A stretch of DNA of 64,000 nt, taken from Mobula hypostoma. Its lineage: Eukaryota. Made by a program: the position numbers and the translations under genes. Under the pieces are notes generated by a model. The model made no database searches and was not told where the DNA came from. It worked only from the letters and a program-made list of their open reading frames with translations. How positions within the stretch are numbered: the stretch's first letter is position 1; each line of letters opens with the position of its first letter. The DNA lies in the NCBI RefSeq assembly GCF_963921235.1, contig NC_086120.1, positions 8,928,001-8,992,000 on the forward strand, written 5' to 3'. Positions 12,184 through 25,319 of this stretch are shown one piece after another.

Positions 12184-14277
12184 ACATAGAAACATAGAAA
12201 ATAGGTGCACGAGTAGGCCATTCGGCCCTTCGAGCCTGAACCGCCATTCAGTATGATCATGGCTGATCATCCAACTCAGAACCCTGTACCAGCCTTCCCT
12301 CCATACCCCCTGATCCCTTTAGCCACAAGGGCCATATCTAACTGCTTCTTAAATATAGCCAATGAACTGGCCTCAACTGTTTCCTGTGGCAGAGAATTTG
12401 ACATATTCGCCACTCTCTGTGTGAAGAAGTTTTTCCTAATCTCGGTCCTAAAAGGCTTCCCCTTTATCCGCAAACTGTGACCCCTTGTTCTGGACTTCCC
12501 CAACATCAGGAACAATCTTCCTGCATCTCGCCTGTCCAATCCCTTTAGGATTTTATACCTTTCAATCAGATCCCCCCTCAATCTTCTAAATTCCAACGAG
12601 TATAAGTCTAGTTCATCCAGCCTTTCATCATATGAAAATCCTGCCATCCTAGGAATCAATCTGGTGAACCTTCTCTGTACTCCTTCTATGGCAAGGATGT
12701 CTTTCCTCAGATTAGGAGACCAAAACTGCACACAATACTCCAGGTGTGATTCACCAAGGCCTTTTACAACTGCAGTAGTACCTCCCTGCTTCTGTACTCG
12801 AATCCTCTTGCTATAAATGCCAGCATACCATTCGCCTTTTTCACCGCCTGCTGTACCTGCATGCCTACTTTCAATGACTGGTGTACAATGACACCCAGGT
12901 CTCGTTGCACCTCCCCTTTTCCTAATCGGCCACCATTCAGATAATAATCTGTTTTCCTGTTTTTGCCACCAAAGTGGATAACTTCACATTTATCCACATT
13001 AAATTGCAACTGCCATGAATCTGCCCACTCACCTAACCTATCCAAGTCACCCTGCATCCTCTTAGCATCCTCCTCACACCTAACATTGCCGCCCAGCTTC
13101 GTGTTATCTGCAAACTTGGAGATGCTGCATTTTATTCCCTCATCCAAGTCATTAATATATATTGTAAACAACTGGGGTCCCAGCACTGAGCATTGCGGTA
13201 CCCCACTAGTCACTGCCTACCATTCTGAAAAGGTCCCGTTTATTCCCACTCTTTGCTTCCTGTCTGCCAACCAATTCTGAATGCACATCAATACCTTACC
13301 CCCAATACCGTGTGCTTTAAGTTTGCACACTAATCTCCTGTGTGGGACCTTGTCAAAAGCCTTTTGAAAATCCAAATATATCACATCCACTGGTTCTCCC
13401 CCATAAACTCTACTAGTTACATCCTCAAAAAATTCTATGAGATTCGTCAGACATGATTTTCCTTTCACAAATCCATGCTGACGTTGTCCGATGATTTCAC
13501 CGCTTTCCAAATGTGCTGTTATCACATCTTTGATAACTGACTCTAGCAGTTTCCCCACCACCGATGTTAGGCTAACTGGTCTATAATTCCCTGGTTTCTC
13601 TCTCCCTCCTTTTTTAAAAAGTGGGGTTACATTAGCCACCCTCCAATCCTCAGGAACTAGTCCAGAATCTAAAGAGTTTTGAAAAATTATCACTAATGCA
13701 TCCACTATTTCTTGAGCTACTTCCTTAAGCGCTCTGGGATGCAGACCATCTGGCCCTGGGGATTTACCTGCCTTTAATCCCTTCAATTTACCTAACACCA
13801 CTTCCCTACTAACATGTATTTCCCTCAGTTCCTCCATCTCACTGGACCCTCTGTCCTCTACTATTTCCAGAAGATTATTTATGTGCTCCTTAGTGAAGAC
13901 AGAACCAAAGTAATTATTCAATTGGTCTGCCATGTCCTTGCTCCCCATAATCAATTCACCTGTTTCTGTCTGTAGGGGACCTACATTTGTCTTAACCAAT
14001 CTTTTTCTTTTCACATATCTATAAAAGCTTTTAGAGTCAGTTTTTATGTTCCCTGCCAGTTTTCTCTCATAATCTTTTTTCCCCTTCCTAATTAAGCCCT
14101 TTGGCCTCATCTGCTGAACTCTGAATTTCTCCCAGTCCTCAGGTGAGACACTTTTTCTGGCTAATTTGTATGCTTCTTCTTTGGAATTGATACTATTCCT
14201 AATTTCCCTTGTCAGCCACGGGTGCACTACCTTCCTTGATTTATTCTTTTCCCAAACTGGGATGAACAATTGTTGTA
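12184..14277 (-). mobile_element. CR1 family 1, 5'-truncated
   Basis: RT ORFs 12276-14317 (FADN, PQCSVLGP) and the same 3' tail as copy 1. Confidence 0.95.
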
Positions 14278-14551
14278 TATTGCGTTTGTGTCCATTTATT
14301 CGGGGCTTGACAGTCATGTTTTGTCGCTCAGCCTGTGATGTTAAATTATCTGCGTGAGTAATCAGCCAAACAGCATTAATAGACCAATTACCGGTAACAA
14401 ATTTGAAAATTCAAAGAGAAACAAGAAACCCGACAAGGGACTGGCCATCAGCACCATGGCAAAGAGTGCATATTGTCATTGCTGGGCCATTCATAGATTT
14501 CATGTTTCTGATTGCTGTGGATGCTCATACAAAGTGGCCTGAAATCATACA

Positions 14552-15624
14552 TTACCCGTGCCCTCACCCCATCCTACTGCCACTCCCTTAGGAATAGGGT
14601 TCCTCTTGTCCTCACCTACTACCCCACCAGCCTCCGGATCCAACACATAATTCTCCATAACTTCTGCCACCTCCAGCGGGATCCCACCACTCAGCACATC
14701 TTTCCCTCCCCCCACTCTGCTTTCCAAAGGGATCGCTCCCCACGCGACTCCCTTGCCCATTCATCCCCACTGATCTCCCTCCCGGCACTTATCCTTGTAA
14801 GTGGAACAAGTGCTACACATCCCCTTACACTTCCTCCCTCACCACCATTCAGTACCCCAGACGGTCCTTCCAGGTGAGGTGACACTTCACCTGTGAGTCG
14901 GCTGGGGTGATATACTGCATCCGGTGCTCCTGATGTAGCCTTCTATATATTGGCGAGACCCGACGCAGACTGGGAGACCGTTTTGCTGAACATTTATGCT
15001 CTGTCCGCCAGAGAAAGCAGGATCTCCCAGTGGCCACACATTTTAATTCCATGTTCCAATCCCATTCTGATATGTCTATCCACGGCCTCCTCAACTGTAA
15101 AGATGAAGCCACACTCAGGTTGGAGGAACAACACCTTATATTCCGTCTGGGTAGCCACCAACCTGATGGCATGAACATTGACTTCTCTGACTTCCGTTAA
15201 TGCCCCACCTCTCCTTCGTACCCCATCTGTTATTTATTTATTTACATATTTATTATTTTATATCTATATATATATATGTATTCTTTTTCTCTTTCTCCTT
15301 TTTCTCCCTCTGCCCCTCTCACTACACTCCTTGCCCATCCTCTGGGCTTCACCCCTCCTCCTTTCTTCCTCACTAGGTCTCCCGTCCCATGATCCTCTCA
15401 TATCCCTTTTGCCCATCCACTGTCCAGCTCTTGGCTCCATCCCTCCCCCTCCTGTATTCTCCTATCATTTTGGATCTCCCCCTCCCCCTCCCACTTTCAA
15501 ATCTCTTACTAGCTCTTCTTTCAGTTAGTCCTGATGAAGGGTCTCTGCCCGAAACGTCGACTGTACCTCTTCCTAGAGATGCTGCCTGGCCTGCTGCATT
15601 CGCCGGCAACTTTTATGTGCGTTG
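14552..15624 (+). mobile_element. Penelope-like element, 3' part (GIY-YIG endonuclease + pLTR)
   Basis: FTCESAGVIYCIRCS*CSLLYIGET..RLGDRFAEH (GIY-YIG) followed by a pyrimidine-rich pLTR with a hammerhead core; ends GTGCGTTG. Confidence 0.9.
15527..15562 (+). ncRNA. Minimal type I hammerhead ribozyme, intact core
   Basis: AGTC-CTGATGA-A-GGG TCTCTG CCC-GAAACGTC/GACT: stem I AGTC:GACT, stem II GGG:CCC, palindromic ACGT in place of stem III, GUC cleavage triplet. Confidence 0.8.
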
Positions 15625-15644
15625 TACAAAGAGGCGTTGATACC

Positions 15645-18385
15645 TAAGTCTTCCTATGACGCTCTGTGTTGCATCTCGGTGGAACGAGTCTCTGGCTGAA
15701 TGTACTCCTGTGCCCACCCAGTACATTATGTAGTGGATGGGAGACATTGACCAAGATGGCATGCAACTTCGACAGCATCCTCTTTTCAGACACCACCGTG
15801 AGAGAGTCCAGTTCCATCCCCACAACATCACTGGCCTCATGAATGAGTTTGTTGATTCTGTTGGTGTCTGCTACCCTCAGCCTGCTGCCCCAGCACACAA
15901 CAGCAAACATGATAGCACTGGCCACCACAGACTCGTAGAACATCCTCTGCATCGTCCGGCAGATGTTAAAGGACCTCAGTCTCCTCAGGAAATAGAGACG
16001 GCTCTGACCCTTTGTGTAGACAGCCTCAGTGTTCTTTGACCAGTCCAGTTTATTGTCAATTCATATCCCCAGGTATTTGTAATCCTCCACCATGTCCACA
16101 CTGACCCCATGGATGGAAACAGGGGTTACCGGTACCTTTGCTCTCCTCAGGTCTACCACCAGCTCCTTAGTCTTTTTCACATTAAGCTGTAGATAATTCT
16201 GCTCACACCATGTGACAAAGTTTCCTACCGTAGCCCTGTACTCAGCCTCATCTCCCTTGCTGATGCATCCAACTATGGCAGAGTCATCAGAAAACTTCTG
16301 AAGATGGCAAGACTCTGTGCAGTAGTTGAAGTCCGAGGTGCAAATGGTGAAGAGAAAGGGAGACAAGACAGTCCCTTGTGGAGCCCCAGTGCTGCTGATC
16401 ACTCTGTCTAACACACAGTGTTGCAAGCACACGTACTCTGGTCTGCCAGTCAGGTAATCAATAATCCATGACACCATGAAAGTGTCCACCTGCATTGCTG
16501 TCAGTTTCTCCCCCAGCAGAGCAGGGCGGATGGCGTTGAACGCACTGGACAAGTCAAAAAGCATGACCCTCACAGTGCTCGCTGGCTTGTCCAGGTGGGC
16601 GTAGACATGGTTCAGCAGGTAGACGATGGCAACCTCAACTCCTAGTCGGGGCTGGTAGGCGAACTGGAGGGGATCTAAGTGTGGCCTAACCATAGGCCGG
16701 AGCAGCTCCAGAACAAGTCTCTGCAGGGTCTTCATCATGTGGGAGGTCAATGCCACCGGTCTGTAGTCATTGAGGCCGCTGGGGCGCGGTGTCTTCGGCA
16801 CAGGGATGAGGCAGAACGTCTTCTACAGCACAGGAACCCTCCGGAGCCTCAGGCTGAGGTTGAAGACATGATGAAGTACTCCACATAGCTGAGGGGCACA
16901 GGCTTTGAGCAGCCTGGTGCTGACACCATCCGGTCCTGCAGCCTTGCTCGGGTTGAGACGTTTCAACTGTCTTCTCACTTGTTCAGCTGTGAAACCTACT
17001 GTGGTGGTTTCGTGTGGGGGAGGGGTATAGTCATGAGAGCAGGGTAGGGGACTGTGAGGAGGGGTAGGAGGGGAGAGTGGAATATGTGTTGGTTGGGGGC
17101 CGACAATAGATGACTCATGTGGGTGATGGGCAGGGGGCCCAATGTCAAATCTGTTAAAGGACAGGTTAAGTTTGTTGGCCCTGTCCACACTGCCTTCAGC
17201 TCCTCTGTTGCTAGTTTGCCGGAACCCAGTGATGGTCCTCATCCCACTCCAGACTTCTCTCATGTTGTTCTGCTGGAGTTTCCACTCAAGCTTCCTCCTG
17301 TACCTGTCTTTAGCCTCCCTGATCCTGGCTTTCAGGTCCCTCTGTATTGCCCTCAGCTCCTTCTCATTTCCATCTCCAAAAAAGCCCTCTTTTTGGCATT
17401 CAGGATGTCCTTAAAGTCCTTTGTTACCCATGGCTTGTTATTTGAATAACAAAGGACAGTTCTTGCCAGAACACTGCAGTCCACGCAGAAGTTGATGTAA
17501 CCAGTGATGCACTCTGTGAGCCCATCAGTATCCTCTCCATGTGGCTCACAGACAGCCTGCCAGTCGGTCACCTCAAAACAACCCTGGAGCGCCTCATAGG
17601 CCTCCTCTGACCATTGCTTCACTGTCCTCGAGGTTGCAGGTTTACTCTTCACCACAGGCACGTAGCAGGGTTTGAGATGGACCAGGTTGTGATCTGACCT
17701 TCTCAATGGGGGGAGGGGAGAGGAGCTGTGTGCATCCTTAACATTAGCATACATCAAATCCAGAGTCCTCTCCCCTCTGGTTGCACAGCTCACATACTGC
17801 GTGAAGTTGGGCAGTGTTTTAGCCATGGTAACATGGTTGAAGTCACCCGAGATGGTAATGAGGGCACTCAGGTGCTGGGTTTGTAATCTGGCTATGACGG
17901 TGTAAGTGATGTTACACGCCGACGTTGGGTTGGCAGAGTGAGGGATGGTCACAACAACCACAATTGCATGTGAGATTTCCCTTGGCAAACAATATGGCCG
18001 GAGTCCAGCAGCCAAAAGTTCAATATCCGGGCTACAAACACATTCTTTGATTGTAATATGACCAGGATTGCCATCTGTTGTTTACCAGAACAGAAAGCCC
18101 CCCTCCTTTACGCTTACCTCTCGCAGTGCAGTTCCGGTCCACCCAAAAGGTCTGGAATCCCTCTATGGAAACGTTTTGGTTGGGTATGTCCTCGTGCAGC
18201 CACGTTTCAGTAAAACACATAACACTGCTCTCCCGAAATGTTCTCTGACTCCTGGCTAGCGTAGTCAACTCGTCCATTTTATTACCCAGTGATCTCACAT
18301 TACCCATTATGAGAGAGGGGAGTTGCCCAGGCCTGCACCCTGGAGAGTGAAGACTTTCCAGGTGCAGATCCATGGTCTCGCAAGA
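15645..18385 (-). mobile_element. Rex1/Babar LINE (APE + RT), frameshifted, truncated at both ends
   Basis: PSLIMGNVRSLGNKMDEL, FTETWLH, SDHN, DYRPVALTS, PQGTVLSPFLF and QKFSDD in ORFs 15644-18373. Confidence 0.9.
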
Positions 18386-18399
18386 CTAACGGATGTCTT

Positions 18400-18771
18400 T
18401 TTTTTTATATATATACAGCATATATATATTCTTTTTCTCTCTCTCCTTTTCTCCCTCTGTCCCTCTCACTATACACCTTGCCCATCCTCGGGGCTTCACC
18501 TCTCCCCCTTTCTTTCTCCCTAGGCCTCCCGTCCTATGATCCTCTCCTATCCATTTTGCCAATCAACTGTCCAGCTCTTGGCTCCATCCCTCCCCCTCCT
18601 GTCTTCTCCTATCATTTTGGATCTCCCCCTCCACCTCCCACTTTCAAATCTCTTACTGGCTCTTCTTTCAGTTAGTCCTGACGAAGGGTCTCGGTCCGAA
18701 ACATCGACTGTACCTCTTCCTAGAGATGCTGCCTGGCCTGTTGCGTTCACCAGCAACTTTTATGTGTGTTG
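18400..18771 (+). mobile_element. Penelope-like pLTR fragment with hammerhead (18674-18709)
   Basis: Homologous to 15250-15624; core CTGACGA-A-GGGTCTCGGTCC-GAAACATC/GACT; ends GTGTGTTG. Confidence 0.85.
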
Positions 18772-19653
18772 TCAGAAAAGACTGTTTCCGCTCTGAGGAC
18801 TATCTTCACCATAAACGGCTTACCAGAACAAACTGCGAGTGACAATAGACCACAATACATGTCAGAAAAGTTTAGACAATTCAAGAAGAACAAATAGCAT
18901 CAAACATTTGAAGTCAGCTCCTCACCACCCATCAATGAATGGGTTAGCTGAAAGTGTATCCAAACCTTCAAGAAGTCCATTAAAGCGATGGTCGAGGAGG
19001 ACACTCCTCTGCAGCACGAGGCAGACAATTTCTTTATTGTGTATCAGAACTCTGGTCATGTGACAACAAATCAAATGCTGTTCATGAGCAGGAGTCTGAG
19101 ATCTTGCACAGATTTCCTGAAACCAGATCTACAGAAGGAAGTGCAGAATAACCAGTTTAACCATTTGCCAATTGAATCAGCAAAAAGCCTTGAGTTTGGG
19201 CAGGAAGTCTGAGCATGTGATTACTGAGAAGACAAATGGAGAGCTACAAGAACTGGACCACTGATGTACAAAGTGGATGTTGGAGATCAGACATGGAGAT
19301 ATCATGTGGGCCAGATACTGGATGCTCAACCAAAGAGCACATTGGAGTCAATTGCATCCAACAAGATGGACACATTACAGCCACTGGACTTACCTCTCAG
19401 TGATGGTCATGTCACCAAGAGCAATATGACACTGGCAACCGAGAATGTTGTCTTTGACACAACACCGACCAAACCTGATGTCACTCCACCGGTCCAGAGG
19501 CACAACAAGAATGTTATCATTGACAAGACACTTGCCAAACCGAATGCCACCCTTAGGTCCAGAGGCACGATCCTGAAAAAAAAAACAGACCAACACCCAA
19601 AAGACTGTATCTTTAGTGAAGTTAGTTATGGACTGTTATTGTGAAAGCAATAA

Positions 19654-19671
19654 CTCTCTCTCACTCTCTCT

Positions 19672-19712
<41 letters not shown>

Positions 19713-19722
19713 TCTCTCTCTC
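19654..19722. repeat. (TC)n/(TCTCAC)n microsatellite
   Basis: Directly visible simple repeat. Confidence 0.95.
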
Positions 19723-19739
19723 AACTTGTCAAATGCATT

Positions 19740-20720
19740 CTGAAAATCTTAGTACACAACAGCAACCGATTCTCCCTTGTCTGTGCTGCATGTTATTTCT
19801 TCAATAATTCCAACAGATTCATCAGGCAACATTTTCCCTTGACTGCAACTCATTTTTTTCTCATGTGCCTCTGAGTACTCTGAGACCTCATCCTTAGTAA
19901 TTGACTCTAATATCTTCCCAACCACTGACATCAGACTAACTGGCCTATTGCTTCCTTTTTGCGGCCTTTCTCCCCTTTTGAAGAGTGGATTGACACTTGC
20001 AATTTTCCAGTCTTCCAGAATCACTCTAGAACCTAGTAATTCTTGAAAGATCATTACTTTTTATCCAACAGAGCAACGTTGTCTCCTCTGCCTTCCTTCT
20101 AGTCCTTTTGATGTAATGTGTATCTTTGGACATGAAGCTCCCAACTATAATCTTCTTTCACTCATGATTCATCATGCCTGTCAATCTGCAACTGTGTTCC
20201 AACTTCATCTATCTTTTTCTGTATACTATGCGCATTAAAATATAACACCTTCAGTACTGTATTCCACCTTTTGTCTGCTTTTTACATTGCAACTCATCCT
20301 CTTGAGTGCAATTTTGCCCTATCAACAGCCTCTCCTCACTACACATTGCCTTTGTTTGTAAGCCGACTACCTCATCTTCAGTACTATCATCCACCTTTCC
20401 TATGATACTTCTTGCATTGAAATATACACAGTTCAGGACGCGAGTCACACCATGCTCAACCTGTTGATTGCTGACTTTGTCTGAGGTCTTATCAACATCT
20501 GCCTCCACGACTTCTCCACTAACTGTTCTGGCCCTCTGGTTCCCATCCTCCTGCAACTCTAGTTTTAAGGGCACCATGCAGCATTAGCAAATCTTCCTGC
20601 TAGGATATTAGTCCCCATCCAGTTCCAGCACAAACAATCCTTTCTGTACAGGTCCAAACTTATTGCGAGATATCTCGGACCCCGGCACCCGGCAGGCAAT
20701 ATACCATCCGGGAATCTCAA
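19740..20720 (-). mobile_element. Degraded CR1 fragments (RT, endonuclease start, ORF1 end)
   Basis: NRPVSLMSVVGKILES, YFNARSIIGKVD and GTNILAGRFANA in ORFs 19749-20753. Confidence 0.75.
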
Positions 20721-22199
20721 TAGAGATAGAGAGCGAAAGAATAAAAGAGCCATTGACTGATATTCTGTACTTCAAGGAATTTGAGTTAATCCTAATTTTA
20801 CCACAAGAAATTCAATAGGACTCGAGGAAAGTTTCTGTGTAATTAAATGGGAAGTTACATTGGAAAACGTCATATATTTTAGTAGGCTGTGTAACTATGC
20901 TTATAAGCTCTATGAGGAAGAGAGCTCTTTAAGTTCTACCTACTCATTGCCTCTGCCTGTTTTCTTTGGCGTGAATGTTAAAGATTATTTGCACTGCACA
21001 GCCTAAAGGTATTTATGATTTACTATTATTCCTCAAGGTTCTTCGTAAAATTATTGATAAAGGGTTTGTCTTTGTTCTCTCTTAAGCTCATGTTTTATCC
21101 TTTCTTACCTCATCCTTCCTTTATTTTCTGAAGTATGTTTGAAAGAATTAATGACATGATACAAACTGTTTGTGGTTCTGGCCAATGCAGTATGCAATGA
21201 GAGGGTATCTGAATCCAGGTGCAAGATTCACACTTGTTGAATATCATTGATTCAGAATGGGAATATTTGAAATATTCTCTTCCTTTTTCAGAATAATTCT
21301 TTCCCAGCAGACTAGGTCGTACAATGATCATGCATTTTGCACCTTTAATGTATTATCAAATTTTTAATAGTTTTATCACTCAAGTAAAGGGATGAGGGAT
21401 TGATGAGTTATAAATGTTTGAAATGAGGTAAGACATTCAACACTGACAAAAGGCCAAAACTTCCAGGAAGGACAAATGCAGGTGATGCAGAAGATCACGA
21501 CCTCCTCAGGCCCCCGCTCAGACTGGCATCCTGGTCTGTATGTATCGCCAGTCTTTCAACTGACCTTCTGAAACACCCTTCCCGACGTCATTGTGAGAGC
21601 ACCTTCCTCAGAAGGATAGCAGTGAGTCCAGTCCATGGTTCACCACCACTCCCTTAAGGGATGGGCAATTGATTTTGGCCTTGCCAGTGATGTCCAAATC
21701 CCTGGAATAAATTGAAAATATCCAAGAAAAACCTAAGCTGAAAATTTATGAATTATATTTTAATTTGTTCACAGAAATCATGTCCTAAAACTTCAATCCT
21801 CTCAAATTGATTTATGAACCAAAGTGATTTTTTCTTGGGATATAAATATTGGTAAATGGGGGAGCTGAGAGGGAATTGATAGACTTGCTGATGGAGGTAG
21901 ATTTCCAGGTCAGATGTCTGTTTCCCAGTGAAGCATGCAAATGCAAAAACTCACATACAAAGCCTCCAGCCATGCTTATTGCATCTGATTCTCCCAATGA
22001 GGCCTCTCCTACACTGGTGAGAGCTGGGTGACTACTTTGCTGAGCCCCTGTGTTCCATCTGCCATGACCATCTAGAGCACCCAGTTATCAGCCATTTAAT
22101 TGTCGGGTCTGCTCTTACACTGACATGTCAGTGCTCAGTACCGTCATCTTCCAGGGTGAGGCTAAACACAGACCAGAGGATCATCACCTTAACACCTTC

Positions 22200-22740
22200 T
22201 ATGCCACTTGGGTAGACTACAGCCTAAAGACATGAGAACTGAATTCTCTAATCTCCAGTCAACTAATCCTCCTCGCTTCTTTTTTTTCTTTCCTCCTGGC
22301 CTACCCATTTTTCCTACATGCTCTCCAACTCCTATTACCCAATTTCTGTCCCTTCCTCTACCCACTGCATCTTGCCATCACCCACACATTCCTCCCACAG
22401 TCTCCCATCCCTCATCATTTCCATTTTCCTCAATTGATTCCATTACCCAATGTCCCCTCCTATCAGATTCCATCATCTTCAGCCCATGTTCCCTCCACCT
22501 ATCACCTCCAAGCTTTGTCATCATTTCCACCTTCTCTTTCTCCAGGTCACTGTCACCCCCACCCTTAATGTTGATCCATTTATCAATTGCCACCAGTTGC
22601 TCCACCCTTCCCTTCACCTGGATCTCTGCCCTCTTATCTTTCAGTCCAGATGAATGGGCCCAACCTAAAACATCTACTGTCCATTTCCCTCCACAGATGC
22701 TCCCTTACCTGCTGAATTCCTCCAATGTCTTGTTTTCTTA
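22200..22740 (+). mobile_element. Old Penelope-like 3' end/pLTR with degenerate hammerhead
   Basis: LGRLQPKDMRTEFSNLQ matches the PLE C-terminus LGSLQPDGM..FSNFR; decayed CAGATGA...AAAAC core near 22645-22680. Confidence 0.6.
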
Positions 22741-23649
22741 AATTTCTTTTTCTGCTCGGGACAAAGCAACTCACTCATCCCAGAAAATAACCTCCAACAT
22801 ACTCAATGCTTGTCGATCCAGTGCCTCGTACACTGTCCTTCCTTCCTTGAGTCGGACAGACTTTCCCTTCCACATCCTCAGAAATATTTTTGTAGTGATC
22901 CAGCCAAATGTTTCACTCGTTTTCCTTGTCTATGGACACAGGTCTCAATCAACAACCTGATATAATGAGCACATATCTCATAACAGAACATGTTGACTTG
23001 CAGTGTAACACTCACAAATTGCTGGAGGAACTCAACAGTCCATGCAACATGTTTGGAAATGAATAAACTCTCAACGTTTTCCACCGAGACCCTTCTTCCA
23101 TCCCAGCGATCCAGGTGCCAATTAACCACACACAGGGGTAGAGTGTTCCATTTTTTCACAAGCACAGAGGAAACTGTATCTAGTTCCAATCAATGCTTGG
23201 AAATATGGTCCAGTCACCTTATCCCATCCACACTTGTTATATAATCCCGTGTTTTATCATTGTCTTCCTTCAATTCTTTGTCATGTCCCAAGAACATCTG
23301 ACAGGACAATAGAAGAAACTTCACTCTTTATTACTCCATTTAGTACAAATATCACCCCCTGCTACATTGAATGAGGTACTTTGTTTGACTTTATCTGCTG
23401 TTGTGATGCAGCATTTGTTTCTGATCTGCATTTAATATAGTCCTCCTTCCCAGACCTGGTACCAAAACCTTCACTATAGTTTTGTCAAACATTGGCTGTA
23501 GTCTATGATTCCCTATTGACTGAAAGGTGGACTTACTTAATTCACGCTGTAGAATACTTACTAAATAGGTATCATTTTATTCACTCTAATTCAATGCTGG
23601 TGGCTTCAGTAACAACACAAGACACACAATGAAAATACCCTACCACTTC

Positions 23650-23900
23650 TTAATATTGCCAAGTGGCTTTGCCTCTCTGTAAGCTTTGTGTTCAGTTCTA
23701 CAGGTCCTTGGCTGATACATCACACACTGATCATATTCAATGAGCACAGGATTGACTTTGATGACCCAAAACTACTCTGCTGTGCCAGTGGCTTTTGTGA
23801 CCACCTGGTGAAGGAAGTCATTGAAATAATTTCTAAAATGACGAAGGTCTCCCTCCAAGTAAGAACTGGAATACAATTTTAAACAAGGTAGGACAGCAGA
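23650..23900 (+). mobile_element. Penelope-type GIY-YIG C-terminal remnant
   Basis: EHRIDFDDPKLL...DHLVKEVIEI resembles the PLE endonuclease C-terminus. Confidence 0.5.
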
Positions 23901-24159
23901 AACCTAAATGGTTGAGGGCTTAGCAATCAGGAGATGCAGACAGCAGGAGTCGAGTATATATATACCAACAGACTAAACATGTCTTGGTATCATCCCTGAT
24001 AAAGATGGTAGAGCTTGTCATTGAAATGTCAGTTAAGATCAACACCTGGACCCACCTGGAAGTCCAAGAGGAATTTATGCAACATCACACATTGTTCCTA
24101 TCTCCAACATGGATGTCCTCCAGATTTCAACATTTTGGAAGGCTGGTGATAGGTATCAA

Positions 24160-24930
24160 TAGGTACACCTAATGTCAGAGAAATGTGTACAATATGCATC
24201 CTGTAAATCTTTTTCTTTGTAAACATCCATGAAAACAGAGGATTACCCCAAAGAATGAATGAGTGTTAAATGTTAGAACGCCAAAGCCCTCTCCAGCTCC
24301 CCTGTTCCACGCATAAGCAACAGCAAAGCAACAACCCTCCCCTTCCCCAACCAGCAAAACTGCATCGGCACTACCCACCAAGCACTCGAGCGTGCAGCAA
24401 AGCATCAATAAAGACACAGACTTGCACTACCTCAAAGACTACTCGTTCACCCGTTATTTGAAATAACACAGGCTCTCTCTCTCCCGAATAAGGGAAAAAG
24501 AGGTGTCCCCCATTTCACAGAGAGAGGGGAGACATAACAAAGCAATTTGCCAATTTATAGTGGTAAAAGTCTGTTTACTCAGGTCTTTGGGCACACAGCC
24601 AGCAATCAGCTCACTCATTTTGATCTTCCATCTTCCACGGTGCACCAGGCGCCGGCACCGACATCGAGTCCGCCTGCTTCCACAGCCACGAGAATTTGGC
24701 ACCCTGGAAGTGTGCTTGTTATCTGGGCCGCACCCTTGGCATATCGAAAAGCAGCCACTCGTGAGACCCCGAGAACAGGCCCCATTCCCGCAAAGAACCG
24801 AAGTCAGCATGCAACTCCAGGTCAAGGTCTTCAAAAGAACCCTGAAAAGGTGAAAAAAAAGAGATATTTAAGACAGAAATAGAGCTGTTTTGAAGATGCA
24901 AGCAAAGGAATTGCCATTAGGCGCCATCGG
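24160..24930 (-). mobile_element. Unclassified non-autonomous retroelement-like repeat with GATGGCGCC head
   Basis: GC-rich head beginning GATGGCGCC on the minus strand, AT-rich tail, no recognisable coding domain; layout similar to 38035-38712. Confidence 0.35.
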
Positions 24931-25319
24931 CCTCCTAAACTCCACCTGCCCCACATAATGGCACGCATTATCTACAACCTCCCAGGCAACCTCAACCCAC
25001 TGTAATCCCAGGCAAATTCATCACGAAACTCCAAGACCTGGGGGTCAAGACATCTTTCCACAATGGGAGCAGGTGAGTGAATTCACAAAGCAGTTCAACT
25101 TTTCATCTCAAGAGATGTGAGAAGTATACCTACTCTTAAAACCTGCCTCTCTCTGCTTTTACATACAAATCAATTTGTAATAACCTTGCTGTTATAACAT
25201 AACATCTATAACTGCATTAAACTGTGATTCAGAAGATGTTCAAATTAGTCTAAGTAGATTACACAATTTAAGAAAATCATTTCTGATATCTGGGCATCCC
25301 TGGCAGACCCAGTATCCAT

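Larger units (their letters stand above)
14280..19620 (+). mobile_element. Gypsy integrase relic split by PLE/Rex1/PLE insertions (14552-18771)
   Basis: PWQRVHIVIAGPF..FLIAVDAHTKWPEII (14403-14550) resumes as SEKTVSALRTIFTINGLPEQTASDNRPQY...SAPHHPSMNGLAE from 18772. Confidence 0.8.

Noticed and set aside
21935-21942. Second octamer ATGCAAAT
   Set aside because: No leader or V exon nearby; an 8-mer is expected about once by chance in 64 kb.
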